A stretch of 64,000 nt of DNA. Source: Lingula anatina. Its lineage: Eukaryota > Animalia > Brachiopoda. Below, piece by piece: positions 60,701-64,000 of this stretch (the stretch's first letter is position 1; every line of letters begins with the position of its first letter). The DNA lies in NCBI GenBank assembly GCA_051362555.1, contig CM120640.1, positions 17,298,001 to 17,362,000 of the forward strand. Direction: 5' to 3'. Both the position numbers and the translations under genes were made by a program. Below the pieces are notes generated by a model. The model ran no database searches. It was not told the origin of the DNA and worked only from the letters and a program-made list of their open reading frames with translations.

Positions 60701-63671
60701 ATTCTGTGCTGGATCCCTAGATCATATCAGTAAGTATAACTATCTGCAGACCTATCAGATAATGTTAATGAGGTCTGTTGCCCTTAGTTTCAAGGGTCTC
60801 TGTCACTAGAAACTGATCCTTTTTATCTGCATGCCTATGCTGATTCTGTTATCCAACACATAGCAGGGATTCTGGAAATGGCGGAAGCATGCTAATAATA
60901 GAGCGATTTTCTGAATCTCAAGATAGCGTTTGCTTGAGGAACAAGTGTTTTTGATTTTTTTAGATATGGGTGATCTTTCCTCAACCACATGTTTTAATGT
61001 TACTGTTTCTGTTTTTAGGTATCAGGCAGCTACAGTGTATATTAATGAAAGTTGCTCTCATCTTTGGTGTTCAAATACATGTCAATGTTGGCTTTGAACG
61101 CTTGGTTGAGCCACCAGAAGATCAAACAGAAAGTAAGGATTTATTTTAAGATAAAACAGACTACAATCGATATAGTAAAATGTAAAGATTATGAAAAAGG
61201 AATACATTCCCAAGAATAGCCATAGCAGACTAGAAATGCATTGTAAAGATTATTTTAGAAAAATTGCATTTCCAAGAGTAACATTTCTTAAAAGATGTGT
61301 AACAGGTATTCTTACAAATATTCATCAATCAAAATTCAGTCTTAAACTGTTCAAATTCACAACATATTTGATTTATTTCAGAAACTGGCTGGCGTGCTGA
61401 GGTCACTCCCAAAGATGACCCCGTGTCTGTGTTTGAATTTGATGTCCTTATTGGAGCAGATGGGAAGAGGAACACAGTGCAAGGTAGGTCTGAACTTTTG
61501 ATTTGGTTATCATTTGGACAAAAGCTGTTCATTGCAAGAAACACATTGTGTAAGATGTAAACATAATAGAAAAATGGGCCATTTGGGTGTGAAATGAAAA
61601 AGGTTATTGCACTTTTATACAGACACATAGCATATGTTCTGATCACTGTCTTACACATTCTTCACCCTATTACTGACAGCTGTATTTTTGCCATGCTTAA
61701 GATTTTGTGAGGTTTTATTGTGTAAATTTGCAGTTCAAGTTGAATGATTCAGCAGTATTTTTCACAAAATCAGTGGCACTTTTCATGGGATTTTTGCATA
61801 TATTTCTGCCATGCTTGATCCAGTTGTATCAGACCTCATCTTTGTATTATTAATTAAGTTGAATAGATTGTTCAGAAGAAAGGTAAAATAAAGGCACTTA
61901 TTTGTTTAATTTTCATTTTTATTGCTTCTTCGTATTTGAATAGTAAATGTATTCACCTGGTTAAAATACAAATTGTTCTTTTAATTGCATGTCAGGTTTT
62001 AAAAGAAAAGAATTCCGTGGCAAGCTGGCCATTGCTATCACAGCCAACTTCATCAATAGGCACACCCAGCAAGAGGCCAGTGTGGAGGAGATCAGTGGCG
62101 TGGCCTTCATATTCAACCAGAAATTCTTTCTTGATCTCAAGTCAAACACTGGCATAGACCTGGAGAATATAGTGTATTACAAAGATGACACACATTACTT
62201 TGTTATGACAGCAAAAAAGCAGAGTCTGTTAGACAAGGGGGTGCTGAGACAGGTATGGGATTTTCAGTTTTAATGTATGTGATTTTGTAAATGTTTCTAT
62301 TATTATTTTAACAAAACATTAATACCGTAATATTTGTCTGTTGTATGTGCTAGCATTTATTTTGTTATACTTTAAACATTAAAATTTTATCCTTGTTGAT
62401 TTTTTGCAAGAAATTGAAATATTACTTGTGAATTCAATTTCTAGTAGAAAAGTTTATGGTTTATTGTAAGTATATTATCAAATACAATTCCAGGATCACA
62501 ACGATACCATACAGCTGTTGTCTAGAGAGAATATAGATCAGAGCAAACTATTGGCCTATGCCACAGAGGCTGCCAATGTATCCACCAATTACAAGCTCCC
62601 TAACTTGGAGTTTGCACATAACCATTATGGACAACCAGATGTGGCCATCTTTGATTTTACATCGATGTTTGCTGCTGAGCATTCCTCCAAAGTAATAGAA
62701 AGGCAAGGTCACAAGTTACTTATTGGAATAGTGGGAGACAGCTTGCTAGAGGTAAACAGAAGGCAATTCCTATTTGAAACAATATGAGCACCAGCTTTTA
62801 TAACTACTATGTGACATTTTGGCTTTTCAGATCATAGCTTTCAATAAATGGCAGTAACATCTTTAGATAAATTTTAAATCCTAAAATGGATTTTGTTGAT
62901 GAATTAAATTTGCAATTGTATTTTGATTAAATTGCTTAAATAACTTAAAAAGTTATCGTTAAAATTACCTATCCTTATGCCTTAAATCTTATTTCTTAAA
63001 CAGTTCTCTAAATTATAGTTTTGCCAACTTTGCTTTTCAGCCATTCTGGCCTATAGGCTCTGGCTGTGCCCGTGGCTTCTTGGGATGTCTGGATGCTGCA
63101 TGGATGATAAGAAGCTGGGCTTCTGGCAGAAAGACTCCACTGGAAGTCCTGGCTGAGAGGGAAACTATTTATCAGCTGTTGTCACAGACAACGCCAGAAA
63201 ATCTGAATAAAAACTTCAATGCATACAGCATCGATCCTACCACAAGGTATGGCTTGAGAAAATGTTTCGACTTTAAAGAAATTTAATTAAAATTCTTCTG
63301 TCTATGAGTTCCTACAAAGAAGTTTTTCATGGCTTCTAAATTAGATTTGTAAATGAATTGTTATGGTCAGTATCAGAAAATACATCTGTGTGAATGTAGT
63401 TTTCTTCTAAGAGTATAATATGAAACATGGCATATCATATACAGAACAAATAGTCCATGCCAGTATTATTTTATATGCTATAAAAGAATTTAATTCAAAG
63501 TTACTTTTGAATTTGTAATTGTTGAAGTAGAACCTGTAACTTTATCTGCTAGATACCCCAAATTGAACATCACCCAGAAGCCATACCAAGTACGTAACCT
63601 GTATGATTGCTTGGACTCCACCTATAAAGATGAAGTGGTAGAGGTCCCACACAAGAGAACCAAAACGTATG
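57721..63671 (+). CDS. MICAL: MICAL family [F-actin]-monooxygenase, N-terminal part (continues beyond window)
   Basis: Exons at about 57721-58002 ([14 protein letters not shown]), 60522-60729 ([21 protein letters not shown]), 61019-61132, 61382-61483 (DVLIGADG), 61997-62252 ([34 protein letters not shown]), 62493-62751 (VGDSLLE), 63041-63246 ([14 protein letters not shown]) and 63552-63671. Confidence 0.96.
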
Positions 63672-64000
63672 GTAAGTGAAGAGTGCAAATGAAAAGTAAG
63701 GTTAAAAATGTCTCTGGTAGATGAGGAACTACATATTGTGCACATTGAGGACTGAAAATGATTTTGTAAAAAAAATATATATACTATCTGTGAATTAAGA
63801 TAAAAAGGACACTTAATTTGTAAAGACTGTAACTGTTTCTGATTAATCTTTGTAGCATGCATATCTTACAGCCAAATAATAATGATTGTTTTAGATTTTG
63901 TGACAAGCCGGGGTTTGTTAAAATGCTTTTTTGAATTTTTTTTTGAAGAACAATTACAGATTTATCTTGTGGGTGGCATACTGTCAAAAGTATATGATGA

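Overview
AT-rich eukaryotic genomic DNA with GT-AG introns, from an invertebrate animal (probably a lophotrochozoan; inference only). Five spliced host genes can be traced by hand. (1) A + strand gene (1664-9213) fuses RNF216-like CUE-like, RING1 and IBR modules, with no RING2/Rcat, to a TiPARP/PARP12-type H-Y-I ADP-ribosyltransferase domain that carries a ~290-aa Q/N/G-rich insertion with 13-aa repeats. (2) A - strand EFCAB6-like multi-EF-hand gene. (3) A complete - strand bestrophin. (4) A - strand ADAD1-like gene with two dsRBDs and an apparently intact deaminase active site. (5) The 5' part of a + strand MICAL, head-to-head with the ADAD-like gene. Between bestrophin and the ADAD-like gene lies an apparently intact 7.3-kb ISL2EU-type (PIF/Harbinger group) DNA transposon. 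It has an AT TSD, ~250-bp TIRs, a THAP-DDE transposase and a SWIM-YqaJ-PHD exonuclease gene. Several MITEs (5-bp and 6-bp TSD hAT-like, Harbinger-like), an RTE-like LINE remnant and local tandem duplications are also present. The most unusual item is the truncated-RBR/PARP fusion. Exon coordinates were read by eye and may be off by a few bases. No database searches were run.
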